The translations under genes and the position numbers were made by a program. Positions 48,301 to 58,800 of a stretch of 64,000 nt of DNA are shown piece by piece (position 1 is the stretch's first letter; every line of letters starts with the position of its first letter). Source of the stretch: Candidatus Hydrogenedentota bacterium (GTDB lineage: Bacteria; Hydrogenedentota; Hydrogenedentia; Hydrogenedentales; SLHB01); contig BTWA01000018.1 in NCBI GenBank assembly GCA_045863295.1, positions 32,001-96,000 on the forward strand, given 5' to 3'. Under the pieces are notes generated by a model. That model did no database searches. It was not told the origin of the DNA and was given only the letters and a program-made list of their open reading frames with translations.

Positions 48301-49023
48301 CCCAATGTCGAGTTGACAACGGCAAAGGGCCTCGGCGAAGCCTATTACATTCACTTCTGGACCGGCCTTAAAGCGCCCGTGTGCGTCTTGAATGAGTCTG
48401 GGAAGGGCAAGGCCATATTGCTGAACTTTTCGTTGTTCGAGGCTCCGGCGGATTCCTTCGTGCGCGACCTGCTTGAGGCATCGGGAATAAGTCCTTCCGT
48501 TACGGTGAACGCTGCCGCAAATCAGTCGGAACACGATGTCGAAATCACCCGATGGAAAAACGGCAACATGCAGATTGTTGCGTTGCTGGGGAGTCAAGAA
48601 GGGCCCGTTCATGTCACGGTACCGAACCCCGGCCATGTATTCGACCTGAAAGCACGGCGTTACCTTGGAGAAACGGACCGCTTTTCCGCTGAACTACGGC
48701 CGAATCGCGCCTCCTTCTTTGCCGTGCTCCTTGGACAACCCGGGAAGCCAGAGATTTTGATGCCAGACTCTGCTAAAAGAGGCGAAACCATACACGTTAG
48801 AGTAAAGGTGCCCGGCATTGACAGCTTGCGTCCCGTGCGCCTGAGACTCACAGACCCCGCTGGTACACCCGCGGATTGGATGCAACGCACTGTCATTACG
48901 GGTAATCAGACAGTCGCAACCGATATACGATTCGCATTTAACGATGATTCCGGTGCTTGGACGCTGCAAGCTGAGGACATCATTACCGGAGAGGTCGTAT
49001 CGCGAAAGGTAGACGTGCAATAA
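45385..49023 (+). CDS. Large exported GH42-like beta-galactosidase / trimerisation-domain protein
   Basis: Signal peptide; YSLGDE, Y..IQSLNREWST.Y.SF, class-I-GATase-like FKAVILP...LREYVHNGGTLIAD; C-terminal Ig-like FAFND..G.W. Confidence 0.7.
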   Translation: MKRIEQVVRVVWTLATLLLVITTPPVAGQEGEEKILGWDYLSDQLSVSGEFETPHTKWGKPLNGGAVKVVFMVPWSQGSTEAREIVEMMQRFDLEGHAIYFMGDRIVGDGRPDWYGGDPEAGSNRVKRLLGEGQAVFFLNQLTLDAIPEWLNLELRNAVERGAGLVLVGDKATPFEDSLDTDEAARSLPQGRYATLGKGRIVVLPSRERLEFQLGWETTFDYQMQAQGRALLWAAGRDSRADLMWDTSGAPAKLSLTYTGLPEGTAIEVTLRRWDGVSIKLAPVAAKEAETQQIALPHLREGDYQAHAIARVNNLVETWSCTPFAVAADRAIVAVELERDWAERGESVTGRVRFSGVPVEGDTVEARLTDTRGRILDRKRQKAVDGMLIAFDVSDWAPMLLRVEAVLMYAESEISYGYAYLRVPTRNRNQFNFVMWNHATGDLAAYGIEALARYGVTAILQGGPPHLALAANNVAYVPYAASFRASSHTTTAMLDPETGALKGGCVHDPESMAKSVQAVVEGAAEARKLGVFAYSLGDENAVRASCLSPHCLQAYRRYLNDIYADIQSLNREWSTSYPSFDAIELLTEGDLPAADAPEWFRLYFDERTLLHRTDSEGAKDDALDKQIAHGDINDEMRALQAGNFARWYDRQAFQNYSYVEWCKQFQKAFMETDPYAFTGFEGTDSFTIRKLTTRSRQGGDIDLFVREMDYYGSYEGPANEVMRSIAPPEFPMGSWIGYTPDVEELLFKYWQQVTDRMNTIQWWRWDNLDGYNGYLAPNMAPFPATREILEDTQIVRDGLGTLLMQCEIQDDAIGMMYSMPSTYIAHFDNNETFGLYKRDHERWHELIHGAGLQFRYFTDRMLRQGEVDLSRFKAVILPLTFAMSEVEATALREYVHNGGTLIADVRPALYDGHCKPLAAGQLNDVFGVSQTGNRPAREIDRIYIDGTLSDRALIMRWGNWHGKDIYPQMKVDPNVELTTAKGLGEAYYIHFWTGLKAPVCVLNESGKGKAILLNFSLFEAPADSFVRDLLEASGISPSVTVNAAANQSEHDVEITRWKNGNMQIVALLGSQEGPVHVTVPNPGHVFDLKARRYLGETDRFSAELRPNRASFFAVLLGQPGKPEILMPDSAKRGETIHVRVKVPGIDSLRPVRLRLTDPAGTPADWMQRTVITGNQTVATDIRFAFNDDSGAWTLQAEDIITGEVVSRKVDVQ

Positions 49024-49062
49024 CGCCGGTGGATGTAGCCAGAGATCCTGGAGAAAAATCTA

Positions 49063-51426
49063 ATGAAACGTGCACTGAAGTGGATGGCAATCGCGACGCT
49101 TCTGCTTGTCCTTTGCGTGCTTTCTGTGCCGCTATCCATTTACGGGTACTACCAATACAGGGTCAGCGCCACCCCCGGTTCCTTGACCCTGGCAGTCGTG
49201 CCCACTGCCCGTAATGCAAAAGTTAATGTGTTCTTGGGAACAGGCGGAATTCCCTGGATGTGTGCCCACAACACGCCCGGTGCCACGACTCCATTTGGCA
49301 TGGTCCGTCTGGCGCCGGACACAGCGGGAATCGTGACCAGCGCAAAAGGATACAACCGATCCGGCTATTTTTATGGCGACAACAAGATCATCGGGTTCAG
49401 CCACACCCGGCTCGTAGGAGCCGATGCCCACGAAGGCGGTGTATTCCGCACGTTCCCAAGCCGCGACAGCAAGATTCACCTCGACCGAAGTGACAATCGC
49501 TCGCTCGCCTTTTCCCATAAGTACGAATCGGCAACGCCCGGCCTCTACACACTCTACCTTGCGGAACGAAGCGTACTGGTCGAACTCGCCGCAACCCCAC
49601 GCGTGGGCGTGCATCGATATTCTTTCGATCCACGTGAAAGCGATGCCCCTCATCTACTGCTGGATATCGCAAGCACACTCGGCGGGCGACGCGCCGAAAA
49701 TGCACGTGTCCGGATACTGCCTGAAACCCGCGAGGTCGAAGGGCAAGTCACGATCCACGGATCGTTCTCCGGGCGTTACGACGGCCTTACTGCCTATTTC
49801 TCAGCCCGGTTTGACCATGATTTTGCCGTCACAGGCACACGCACAGGCGTTGGATATACGCCCCATGCATTGGTGGCGTCCGGACAACCGTGCGAGGCCG
49901 ATCTTGAATTCAACTCCGCCGACAACGGACCCACAGTCATTGAGATGCGTCTCGGAATCTCCTATACCAGCATAGAGAATGCACGCCAGAATCTCGCTGC
50001 CGAAGCTGGACCTGACAAGACGTTTGAATTCCTCGCCGCCGTGGCGCGCGATGCATGGGACGAACGCCTGGGGCGCATTCAGATTCAAGGCGGAACCGAA
50101 ACACAGCAGCGGATCTTTCACACGGCTTTATACCGCGCATTTCACATGCCGACAGCCTTCAATGACGTAAACGGCGAGTACACAGGGTTTGATCGAGCCG
50201 TTCACAATGCACTGGGATTCACCTACTACACAGACATGTCGCTCTGGGATACATGCCGCACTGCGCAGCCGCTCTACTACCTCATCGCGAGAAGCGAAGC
50301 CCGCGATATGATGATCTCGCTGGTGGAAATGGCAAAGGCCGGTGGTTGCCTCCCGCGATGGCCGTCCGGTGCGGGCTACACCAATTGCATGCTGGGTACC
50401 CCAGCGGATATCGCGGTGACAGAGGCCTATCTAAAGGGCATTCGCGGATTCGACGCCGAGGCCGCCTATCAGTTTATGCGCCAGACTGCGCTCAGCGGCA
50501 AGCCAGAGGGTACCCGCTTTGCCGGAAGAGAAGGCCTTGAGCACTACCTGGACTACGGATATTGCCCCAGTGACAAAATGCGAGAGTCGGTCGCCGCAAC
50601 CCTTGAGTTCGCATGCGAAGACAACGCCATTGCTCTATTGGCAAAAGCCCTCGGCCACGATGCAGACGCGGATGTCTTTGCCAACCATGCACAAAATTAC
50701 CGGAATGTGTGGAACCCACAAAGACAATTCTTCGACGCCAAAGACTCCACGGGTCGCTTCCAGAAGGAATTCAATCCGTTGAAACTCACCTACACCGATC
50801 GGGGAGGACGCTATACACACGCCTATGTAGAAGGTAGTGCATGGCAGTGGAGATGGTTTGTACCTCATGACCCCGAAGGACTCGTTTCTCTGTTCAAGAG
50901 CAAAGAGTATTTTGTTGAAGAGCTCAACACATTCTTTGCAAAGTCAAATAGCAATGTTGGCAATTGGAATCCAGGGCCCTACTACTGGCACGGTAACGAA
51001 CCGGACATTCACGCGGTCTATCTCTTTAACGCGGCGGGGAGGCCTGATCTAACGCAAAAATGGGTGCGCCATATTCTCAACGCCAAATACTCTGACGACT
51101 ACGTAGGCCTCGACGGTAACGACGACGGCGGCACACTTTCCTCGTGGTACGTATTCAGCGCATTGGGGTTTTATCCTGTGTGCGGTACCACCCGGTATGA
51201 AATTGGATCTCCACTGTTTTCGCGCGCCGTGATCAACATGGGAGACGCGAAGCTGACCGTTTCGGCACCGCGCAACTCTCCGGAAAACATTTACGTGCAG
51301 CACGTTCAACTGAACGGGAATACTTTGGATCGGTGGTGGTTCACGCATGACGAAATTGCGCAAGGCGGCACTCTTACGTTTGAAATGGGCCCCCATCCGA
51401 TAATAAATTCTCCACCCTCCGCTTGA
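49063..51426 (+). CDS. GH92 alpha-1,2-mannosidase family protein
   Basis: PGATTPFGMVRLAPDT, GFSHT, SLWDT, LPRW, EGSAWQWRWFVPHD, YWHGNEP, GNDDGGTLSSWYVFSALGFYP. Confidence 0.93.
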   Translation: MKRALKWMAIATLLLVLCVLSVPLSIYGYYQYRVSATPGSLTLAVVPTARNAKVNVFLGTGGIPWMCAHNTPGATTPFGMVRLAPDTAGIVTSAKGYNRSGYFYGDNKIIGFSHTRLVGADAHEGGVFRTFPSRDSKIHLDRSDNRSLAFSHKYESATPGLYTLYLAERSVLVELAATPRVGVHRYSFDPRESDAPHLLLDIASTLGGRRAENARVRILPETREVEGQVTIHGSFSGRYDGLTAYFSARFDHDFAVTGTRTGVGYTPHALVASGQPCEADLEFNSADNGPTVIEMRLGISYTSIENARQNLAAEAGPDKTFEFLAAVARDAWDERLGRIQIQGGTETQQRIFHTALYRAFHMPTAFNDVNGEYTGFDRAVHNALGFTYYTDMSLWDTCRTAQPLYYLIARSEARDMMISLVEMAKAGGCLPRWPSGAGYTNCMLGTPADIAVTEAYLKGIRGFDAEAAYQFMRQTALSGKPEGTRFAGREGLEHYLDYGYCPSDKMRESVAATLEFACEDNAIALLAKALGHDADADVFANHAQNYRNVWNPQRQFFDAKDSTGRFQKEFNPLKLTYTDRGGRYTHAYVEGSAWQWRWFVPHDPEGLVSLFKSKEYFVEELNTFFAKSNSNVGNWNPGPYYWHGNEPDIHAVYLFNAAGRPDLTQKWVRHILNAKYSDDYVGLDGNDDGGTLSSWYVFSALGFYPVCGTTRYEIGSPLFSRAVINMGDAKLTVSAPRNSPENIYVQHVQLNGNTLDRWWFTHDEIAQGGTLTFEMGPHPIINSPPSA

Positions 51427-51582
51427 CGCGCCGCCCTACTTGCACGTACAGTAAAAGTGATCCGTGGTGCAGTGTGGATCACCCCCCGGATGTACCAACC
51501 TGCTCCCTTTGTCTGTCCTTGTGCGCCTGTTTGTCGACTTTCCCCTACTTAGGAATTTGTTTGACGTGGGAGGATCGCAATT

Positions 51583-53211
51583 GTGGATAGACAGTGGTTT
51601 TGTCACAGAAATAGTAAAAAATACGGCCCTTTCTCCGAAACGCAGATGCGAATCGCCTGGGAACAAGGCAAGTTGACCGCGGCCGATCCAGTATGGACAA
51701 CTGGCATGACCTCTTGGTTGCCCGCAGGCCAAGTAGTTGATCAGTTCATGCCCGAGCCCGCGACTATCGGCGTGCCCGGATTGGATGTGCAGCATCTCGA
51801 TCTCGGATTGGACCGCTCCCCCGCGCACGCATACAAGCCAGGGTCGCGCACCACGTCCATGGAACTCCATGACCGCATCCTGCGTGCATGTTTCGTTGCG
51901 ATTGCCGTGGGCGCAGCGTGGGGAATTCGAGGCAGCTTCGGTCACGTGCTCGGCGCGATGTTTCCCGGAGCAATGCTGGGACTCGCGTTCGTGTATGTGA
52001 CTGGCCAGGAATCCCTTGTTAAGAGAATGCCGCACATCGCCGCCATTTCCGCAGCCGGCATCGGACTCGGCGGAGACATCAGCTACGGTCTTCTGCACGG
52101 TTATGCTCAAGCAGATACGTTCCGGAATTTCGCCTACGGAATGTTCACACTGCTCTTGTGCGGCGGCGCGTGGGGGGCCTACGGCGGCGCTATGGTGGGC
52201 CTGCTGCTGGAACGAGATCGCTCCGTCGCCGTTGATTGGGTTGGCGGGATTCTAGCGACAATCCTTTCCGGCGGCCTGGCTTGGGTAATCATCTATAAAG
52301 TTATCGGATTCGATGTGAATCCGTTCCGTTCCAATGCGCTGACTGGATTCGCTGGCGGACTGATAGGCATGTTTGCGTGGCTCGTCTATAGAAAACGTTT
52401 TCGCAGTATCCGCGCAGGACTACTGGGTTTCATGGGGTTTGGGCTTGGAATGTCCCTTGGCCGTCTGCTCGCCAATATGGTTCGCAACCTGGAACCCGCA
52501 CTGGAGACAAACCACTGGAACATCATGGAAATCTCCGTGGGTCTTGTGGGCGGCTTTGTCTTTACCTTTGGCATGTTGGGGATCACGTTCCCCGATCGCT
52601 CCAGCAAGGCTAATCTGTCACCTTGGCAGGCGGCCTGTTCCATCTTCGTGCTTGCTTTAATACCCGTCTTCCATCGCATTACCCGAGTGAACGAGGACCG
52701 CATCGCAGACTGGAATAAGAACCTGCTCGAGTATGGAAGCTCATGGACGGCCTCCACCGTGGTCAACGCGCTGAGCTTCATTGCCGCGTTGGGCGTCGTC
52801 TGCTCACTCGTTTGGTTGTACCTGCAATGGTCTGGAAAAGATCGGGCCGCATGGTTCCCAGTGCTTGCATTGCTGTTGGTTATGACACTGTTTCAAAATA
52901 TCTTTGCACTGTATTACTTCTATCCGGGTAAGCCCTCATTCTTCGACACCAATCATTTGTATTGGGTTATCTTCCTCGCCATGGCCGGCTATGTGACCTG
53001 GCGCGAGATGAACGAAGGGCATTCCGACGATGGCGATCCGGCCGATACCGTGGAACCCACGGCATGGCTCCCCATTCTCGGCATCGCAGCCGCGGGTCTA
53101 GTCATTGCAATTCTTGGCTGTGCGCTGGCAAACGGCAGCGACACCATGAAAAACGCCGAAACACGTTGGCCCCTATGGTCATGGCGCGACGGCCCTTTTC
53201 CCGGATCATAA
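51583..53211 (+). CDS. GYF_2 (DUF4339) domain fused to a Gly-rich multi-pass membrane protein
   Basis: QWF...YGPFS...GKL....VWTTGMTSW; more than 10 hydrophobic helices; SD GGGAGG before GTG. Confidence 0.75.
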   Translation: MDRQWFCHRNSKKYGPFSETQMRIAWEQGKLTAADPVWTTGMTSWLPAGQVVDQFMPEPATIGVPGLDVQHLDLGLDRSPAHAYKPGSRTTSMELHDRILRACFVAIAVGAAWGIRGSFGHVLGAMFPGAMLGLAFVYVTGQESLVKRMPHIAAISAAGIGLGGDISYGLLHGYAQADTFRNFAYGMFTLLLCGGAWGAYGGAMVGLLLERDRSVAVDWVGGILATILSGGLAWVIIYKVIGFDVNPFRSNALTGFAGGLIGMFAWLVYRKRFRSIRAGLLGFMGFGLGMSLGRLLANMVRNLEPALETNHWNIMEISVGLVGGFVFTFGMLGITFPDRSSKANLSPWQAACSIFVLALIPVFHRITRVNEDRIADWNKNLLEYGSSWTASTVVNALSFIAALGVVCSLVWLYLQWSGKDRAAWFPVLALLLVMTLFQNIFALYYFYPGKPSFFDTNHLYWVIFLAMAGYVTWREMNEGHSDDGDPADTVEPTAWLPILGIAAAGLVIAILGCALANGSDTMKNAETRWPLWSWRDGPFPGS

Positions 53212-53304
53212 GGTGACCGTCCGTGTGGACAGATAGAATCGATGCAGTTACAATGCGCGAATTCAACGCAGTGCCGTGAAGGCAAAACGTAATGGAATCT
53301 CAAC

Positions 53305-54369
53305 GTGCTCGTATTCGACGCCCACCTTGACCTTGCTTGGAACGCGCAATACTACGCGCGGGATCTGAAACGAACCGTTCATGAGATCCGCCAGGCCGAG
53401 ACCGGTATGCCCGAGCGGGGCCGTGCCGCAGGCACGGTCGCGTTTCCCGAACTGCGAAAAGGCCAGGTGGGGATGTTCATTGCCACCTTACTTGCCCGTT
53501 CCACAGGCACTCCCGTGCGTGATTTGGATTACCCTTCTTGGCCGCAGGCCTACGCCAGCGCGCAGGCGCAGTGGGCCTACTACATGGCCCTGCAGCAGGA
53601 AGGCATAATCACGCTGATTCGCGATCGCGCGGCGCTGAATCGTGCTGCGGCAGCATGGAAGTCGCCCGAAGCCAAATCGCAGCCGTTTGGCATGGTGCTC
53701 TCGATGGAAGGCGCGGACCCGATTCGCTCTCCCGAAACCCTTCAGGAATGGTGGGATCAAGGTCTGCGGCTATTGGGGCCAGGCCACTACGGACCGGGCC
53801 GGTATGCGGGAGGCACCGGGACCAGCCTCGGCTTTTCAGAAATCGGATTCGAATTGCTGAAGGAAATGGCGAGAATTGGAATCGGACTCGATGTAACCCA
53901 TCTCACCGACAAGGGTTTTGATGAGGCCCTTGATCGATATGAAGGACCTCTACTCGCAAGCCACAGCAATTGCCGCGCCTTAGTGCCGCATGAACGCCAG
54001 TTCACCGACGTTCAGTTGAAACGAATCATCGAACGGGGCGGAGTAATCGGTTCCGTTTTCGACATCTGGATGCTGCAGCCAGGGTTCCGGAAGTTCGAAC
54101 AAACCAACGAAGGCATTACGTTGACCCTCGTAGTGGACCAGATCGATCACATTTGCCAACTGGCGGGCAACTGCAGGCATGCGGCCATCGGGAGCGACCT
54201 TGACGGACTTTTCGGTTTGGAACAAAGCCCGTGCGACATGGACACCATCGCGGACCTTCAGAAACTGCCGGATATGCTTCGCTCGCGGGGGTACGGAGAA
54301 GACGACATCGCCGCCATCATGCACGGCAATTGGCTCGATTTACTCGGCCGAATCTTGCCGGAGCCATAA
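53305..54369 (+). CDS. Membrane dipeptidase family (peptidase M19)
   Basis: FDAHLD, SMEGAD, LDVTHL, ASHSN, IGSDLDG, GNW. Confidence 0.92.
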   Translation: MLVFDAHLDLAWNAQYYARDLKRTVHEIRQAETGMPERGRAAGTVAFPELRKGQVGMFIATLLARSTGTPVRDLDYPSWPQAYASAQAQWAYYMALQQEGIITLIRDRAALNRAAAAWKSPEAKSQPFGMVLSMEGADPIRSPETLQEWWDQGLRLLGPGHYGPGRYAGGTGTSLGFSEIGFELLKEMARIGIGLDVTHLTDKGFDEALDRYEGPLLASHSNCRALVPHERQFTDVQLKRIIERGGVIGSVFDIWMLQPGFRKFEQTNEGITLTLVVDQIDHICQLAGNCRHAAIGSDLDGLFGLEQSPCDMDTIADLQKLPDMLRSRGYGEDDIAAIMHGNWLDLLGRILPEP

Positions 54370-54376
54370 TCGGAGG

Positions 54377-55798
54377 CTACGCGAGAATCTCTCGAACCAC
54401 TCGCGCTGGCTCCACTCCCGTGAGACGCGCATCGAGCCCCTGAAACCGGTACGTGAACCGTTCGTGATCGAATCCAAGTTGGTGCAACAGGGTCGCGTGC
54501 AAATCGTGCACATGAACGCGGCCGCTTCCCACATTGAAACCCAAATCGTCGCTTTGGCCGTACGTAATTCCCGGTTTGAATCCACCCCCCGCAAACCACA
54601 TGGTAAACGCATTGGGGTGGTGATCGCGCCCATCGTCGCCGTCGCCTTGAACCATCGGAGTACGTCCAAATTCGCCGCCCCAAATCACAACGGTCTCTTC
54701 AAGCAGGCCACGGGCTTTCAAATCCATCACAAGCGCCGCGCTCGCCTGGTCCGTGTCTTTACAGTTCTTTTTCAAATCGTTCCGTAAGTTGCCGTGCTGG
54801 TCCCATGCTTCGTGAAACAACTGGACGAACCGTACCCCGCGTTCGACCATCCTCCTTGCCAGAATACAGTTCTTCGCGAACGAAGGCTCGTCCGGCTTCG
54901 CACCGTAAAGGTCCAGAATGTGCTGCGGCTCGTTGGAAATGTCCATGAGTTCAGGCGCACTGCTTTGCATACGGAACGCCAGTTCAAAAGAGTTGATGCG
55001 AGTCGCAATGTCTGGATCGCCCATGACGTCGAGTTGGCGCCCATTCAACTCGCCCAGCACGTCCAATGTGTCGCGTTGCACCACGTCATCTACACCGGCT
55101 GGATTCGAAAGGTACAGCACCGGATCGCCGGTCGTGCGAAACAAGCAACCCTCGTGCACCGTCGGCAGAAATCCGCTGCTCCACACCGCGGATCCACCGC
55201 TCGGACCTTTCTGCCCGGAACTGAAAACAACAAACGCGGGCAGGTCCTTGTTCTCGCTCCCAAGTCCGTAACTCGTCCACGCTCCAACGCTCGGACGGCC
55301 AAACTGTTGCGAGCCCGTGCTCATCAATATCTGGCCGGGAGCGTGGTTGAATGCGTCAGTGACCATGCTGTTGACGATGGTCACATCGTCCACGATCCGA
55401 GTGAAATGAGGGAGAAGTTCGGACACCCACGCGCCGGACTGTCCGTGTTGAGCAAAATTAAATCGAGTCCCCAGAAGCCGCGAATTGGGATCGATAAACG
55501 CCGCCCGATAATTCTTCAACAATTCAGGCGGGGGAAGGGTGCCGTCAAACTTTGTGAGTTCAGGTTTGTAATCCAGTAACTCAAACTGACTCGGCGCACC
55601 TGCCATGAAAAGATAAATGACCTGCTTCGCTTTCGGCGCGAAATGCGGCGGCTTCACCGCCATCGGATCCATTCGCGCCGCTGAAGCAGTGGATCCCGTA
55701 AGCTGCGCCAACGCCGCCGTGCCCAGTCCAACTCCGCACTGCTGCAGAAACCAGCGCCGTGCAATCCGGGGACCGACTCCGTTTGAAGTGCCATCCAT
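54377..55798 (-). CDS. DUF1501 domain protein (sulfatase-like, Tat-type signal)
   Basis: RRWFLQQ signal; KAKQVIYLFMAGAPSQFE, ARRMVERGVRFVQ, WDQH, GGEFGRTP, GRDHHP. Confidence 0.9.
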   Translation of the reverse strand: MDGTSNGVGPRIARRWFLQQCGVGLGTAALAQLTGSTASAARMDPMAVKPPHFAPKAKQVIYLFMAGAPSQFELLDYKPELTKFDGTLPPPELLKNYRAAFIDPNSRLLGTRFNFAQHGQSGAWVSELLPHFTRIVDDVTIVNSMVTDAFNHAPGQILMSTGSQQFGRPSVGAWTSYGLGSENKDLPAFVVFSSGQKGPSGGSAVWSSGFLPTVHEGCLFRTTGDPVLYLSNPAGVDDVVQRDTLDVLGELNGRQLDVMGDPDIATRINSFELAFRMQSSAPELMDISNEPQHILDLYGAKPDEPSFAKNCILARRMVERGVRFVQLFHEAWDQHGNLRNDLKKNCKDTDQASAALVMDLKARGLLEETVVIWGGEFGRTPMVQGDGDDGRDHHPNAFTMWFAGGGFKPGITYGQSDDLGFNVGSGRVHVHDLHATLLHQLGFDHERFTYRFQGLDARLTGVEPARVVREILA

Positions 55799-55821
55799 CT
55801 GAATTCGCGCTCCTCGCAGGG

Positions 55822-58800
55822 TTACTGCCTCACAATCGTCTCGTCCAGATTCAATAATACACGTGCCGTGAGCGTCCAAGCGGCCAGTTCAACCATGTCG
55901 TCATCTGGGTTCGCCGTTTGCACGATGCTTTCCGCACCCAGTTCACCCGCCGCAATCCGGGCTCGCTGCTTTTCCAAAAATTGCTCCAGCCTGGCCAATT
56001 CCAACTCGTCCGCTGGCCGGCTGACACAACGACGGAAGGCATAGTCCATCCGCGAACGCGTCGTGGCGCCGCCCTCGGCAATAGTAAGCCGCGCAAGTCC
56101 CGCCGCGCATTCGAACATCAGAGGCTCGTTTAACGTCGTAAGCGCCTGAAGCGGGCTGTTGCTGCGCTCGCGCCGAGTGCACGGCGCATCCCCCGCGGGC
56201 GTGTCAAACACCTGCAACGCAGGATACGGCACGCTGCGAAAGCGAAATGTATACAATGCCCTGCGGTATCGTTCGGGACCCGTGGCGGTGTTCCACGTCT
56301 TTGGACCATAGCTGGCAGGCGGTTGAAACAAGTATTCCGGAGCCGGCGCATACACACTCGGACCCCCAACGGTCAGATTGATCAAACCGCTCGCCGACAA
56401 CGCAATGTCCCGTACCGTCTCGCCCTTTACTCGGAATCGCTCGCCGCGTGCCAGGAGCCGGTTGTAGGGATCGAGCTCAAGCAACGCAGGAGTCGTTTGG
56501 GACGACTGACGATACGTCGATGACATGACGATAAGACGGTGCAAGTCCTTGATCTTCCAACCGGATTCCATAAACTCAACCGCAAGCCAATCGAGTAATT
56601 CCGGATGCGTTGGTGTATCGCCCTGCGTGCCAAGATCGGATGCGGTCTGAACAATGCCTTCCGAGAAGTAGTGTTGCCATACGCGATTTACGAATGTACG
56701 TGCCGTGGTTGGCGCCTCCGGAGAAACTAGCCAACGGGCAAGGTCAAGCCTGTCTAGATCCCCTTCGACGTCCAGCGCATTCAAGAAAGCGGGCACGCCC
56801 GGCCGTACCGGTTCCGCCGGACTCAGGAAATCACCCCGCTCAAGCCGGTGAGTGACGCGTGGCGTCGACCGTTCCTGAAGCACGAGTTGCGTTGTACCCG
56901 AAGGCAGCGCTTGAAGCAAAGCGGCGATTCGTGCGTTGGCTTCCGCCAACGCGGGCTGCGTGACCCGCCATTGTGCGAACAACTGGCCCCACTCTTGCTC
57001 ACTGCGCTCTTCGGGCGCGAGTTCCAACGCTTGGCGGACCAATCCGGGCAAAACCCGATCCGGCAATGCGTCCGAATCCGTTACGGAAATGCGGAAGCGT
57101 CCTAGATTATTCGTCTGATTGTCATCGCTGTTCCAACCGCCATGCTGCTGCCCGATCCGGAATGCCAAAACCTTGCCTGGTTCCACGCTCAGCGGTTCAG
57201 CCAGTTTGAATATCGCGCCGTGTTCCTGATTGCGGCGCTCCGGATCAACGTCCGTCGACCAAGCAGTTTCGGCCTTGCCGTCGATGGCAAATGCAATCCC
57301 CCCGGTAATGCGGTTCCGCTCTTGCCGATCGGGAAACTCCGATCCCAGCGTCCGTATCGACGGATTCACGCTCGCAATAGCCGATTCAATCGCCACGGGC
57401 GTCCACTGATCGTAGTTCGCAATCGCCACGTCGGCCGCCGCAATGCGCATCTCGAACTCCGACAGTGCGCACGCGCCATACACCGATCGGCCGGGTCCTC
57501 CGCGGGGAAGATTTGGATCGGGTATCAACTCGATACGTACTGCCGTTATCCGGTTCAATGCAGTCGTTGCCGTCATTTTGGGCTGAAATTGCGTCGGAGC
57601 ATACCCCTGGGCCAAATAGGATCCGTCCCCCTGGGGAATGCACTTCTGACCACCGGCGGAGCTGTCGTCAAACGCGAGTTCCATTACTTCCCAAACCGGC
57701 TCTGGCTGCGCTTTGACCTCCGATTCCCATCCGGCGACGCGGGCGCGCCAATCCGGATAGCGTGCCTTTATCTCCGTTTCAATTTGCGAAACCAAACGCA
57801 AAATATCTTCCCGCTGCTTCTCTTCACCCGGAGAGTACACCGTGATGCACGCTTCGTGAGCATTGTTCAAAAACGCGAGAAGGCCGTAATACTCCGTATG
57901 GCTGATCGGATCATACTTGTGCGTGTGACACTGGGCACACTGTACCGTCAGTCCCAACAGTGCGCGGCCAACGATGTCCACTCGGTTGAACTGTGCCTCC
58001 ATCCGAAACTGCTCGGGATCGATGCCGCCTTCTTCATTGATCATGCTGTTGCGAAGAAAGCCCGTGGCCACGCGTTGATCCTGAGATGCATCCGGCAACA
58101 AATCACCCGCAATCTGCTCAATCACAAACTGATCGTAAGGCATGTCCTCATTGAAGGCGCGAATCACCCAGTCACGCCACGCCCAAACCTGCCGAGGCTT
58201 GTCTTTCTCAAATCCGTCCGAATCCGCATACTGTGCCGCGTCAAGCCAATCGCGTGCCCAGTGTTCGCCGTAGTGCGGCGAGGCCAGCAACCGTTCGACC
58301 AACTCGCCATACCAAGTTTCGCTCGTGTCCGATTCCGCGCGCTCTATCTCGTCGATCGACGGTGGCAATCCCGTCAAATCGATCGACAGACGACGCAACA
58401 GCGCAAGGCGACTGGCGTCCGGAGAAGGCTCCAGGCCTTTCTGCTCAAGTCGCGCCCCAATAAAGTGGTCGATCGCATTGCGCGCCCAAGCTGTCTCTAG
58501 AAGGGTTGGAACCGCGGGGCGACTGGGTTTGGTAAATGACCAATGGGTGGAATACCGCGCGCCTTCGGAGATCCATTGTCGAAGCAGTGCCACCTGTTCG
58601 GCGGATAACGCATCACCTGCCTCGGGCGGCGGCATACGTTCATTCGAGTCCGTGCTGATGACTCGCCGGATAAGCTCGCTTGCATCAGGATTTCCCGGCA
58701 CGATGACAGGGGGGCCGCCGCGTTCTGCAAGCGCGTCCTCCGCATCATCCAGCCGAAGTTTGCCCTTGCGCGACGTAGGATCGGGACCATGACACTGAAA

